In this document: one piece after another, positions 34,282 to 34,341 of the stretch
How the letters are laid out: every line of letters begins with the position of its first letter
Numbering within the stretch: the stretch's first letter is position 1
Source of the DNA: Octopus bimaculoides
Taxonomy: Eukaryota
DNA length: 34,341 nucleotides
NCBI RefSeq assembly: GCF_001194135.2
Contig: NC_069005.1
Span: forward strand, 12,092,810 to 12,127,150
Reading direction: 5' to 3'
Made by a program: the position numbers and the translations under genes
Notes under the pieces: generated by a model
What the model was told of the DNA's origin: nothing
Seen by the model: the letters and a program-made list of their open reading frames with translations, nothing else
Database searches by the model: none

Positions 34282-34341
<60 letters not shown>
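34281..34341. repeat. (TAG)n microsatellite at the window end
   Basis: Direct reading. Confidence 0.97.

Overview
AT-rich, repeat-dense eukaryotic non-coding DNA (intergenic or deep intronic). Eleven N gaps cover about 3.8 kb, and most abut (TA)n, (CA)n or (GATA)n runs. The SINE families and microsatellite load look like a coleoid cephalopod (Octopus-like) draft assembly; this is inferred from recalled repeat sequences, not from a search. No intact protein-coding gene, true tRNA/rRNA gene or CRISPR array is supported, and most track ORFs are gap or microsatellite artefacts. Supported coding remnants are all from transposons: an RTE-clade LINE with an internal deletion of its catalytic core (12.1-13.1 kb), two R4/Dong-like restriction-like-endonuclease 3' fragments in (TAA)n arrays (13.9-14.3 kb and 16.6-17.1 kb), and a Tc1/mariner (probably DD37D/maT-like) transposase 3' half with its TIR (24.3-24.8 kb). 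About 20 copies or fragments of three tRNA-derived SINE groups show swapped heads and tails. The most notable observations are a polarity-ordered cluster of retroelements sharing (AAT/ATT)n arrays (13.9-18.7 kb), an interleaved inverted duplication A-x-B-A'-B' (17.26-17.50 kb), a SINE-derived tandem array decaying into a 27-bp minisatellite (7.2-8.0 kb), and a short ORF with a complete C2H2 zinc-finger signature (14.57-14.78 kb). I cannot establish a new biological system from sequence alone; these are testable leads.
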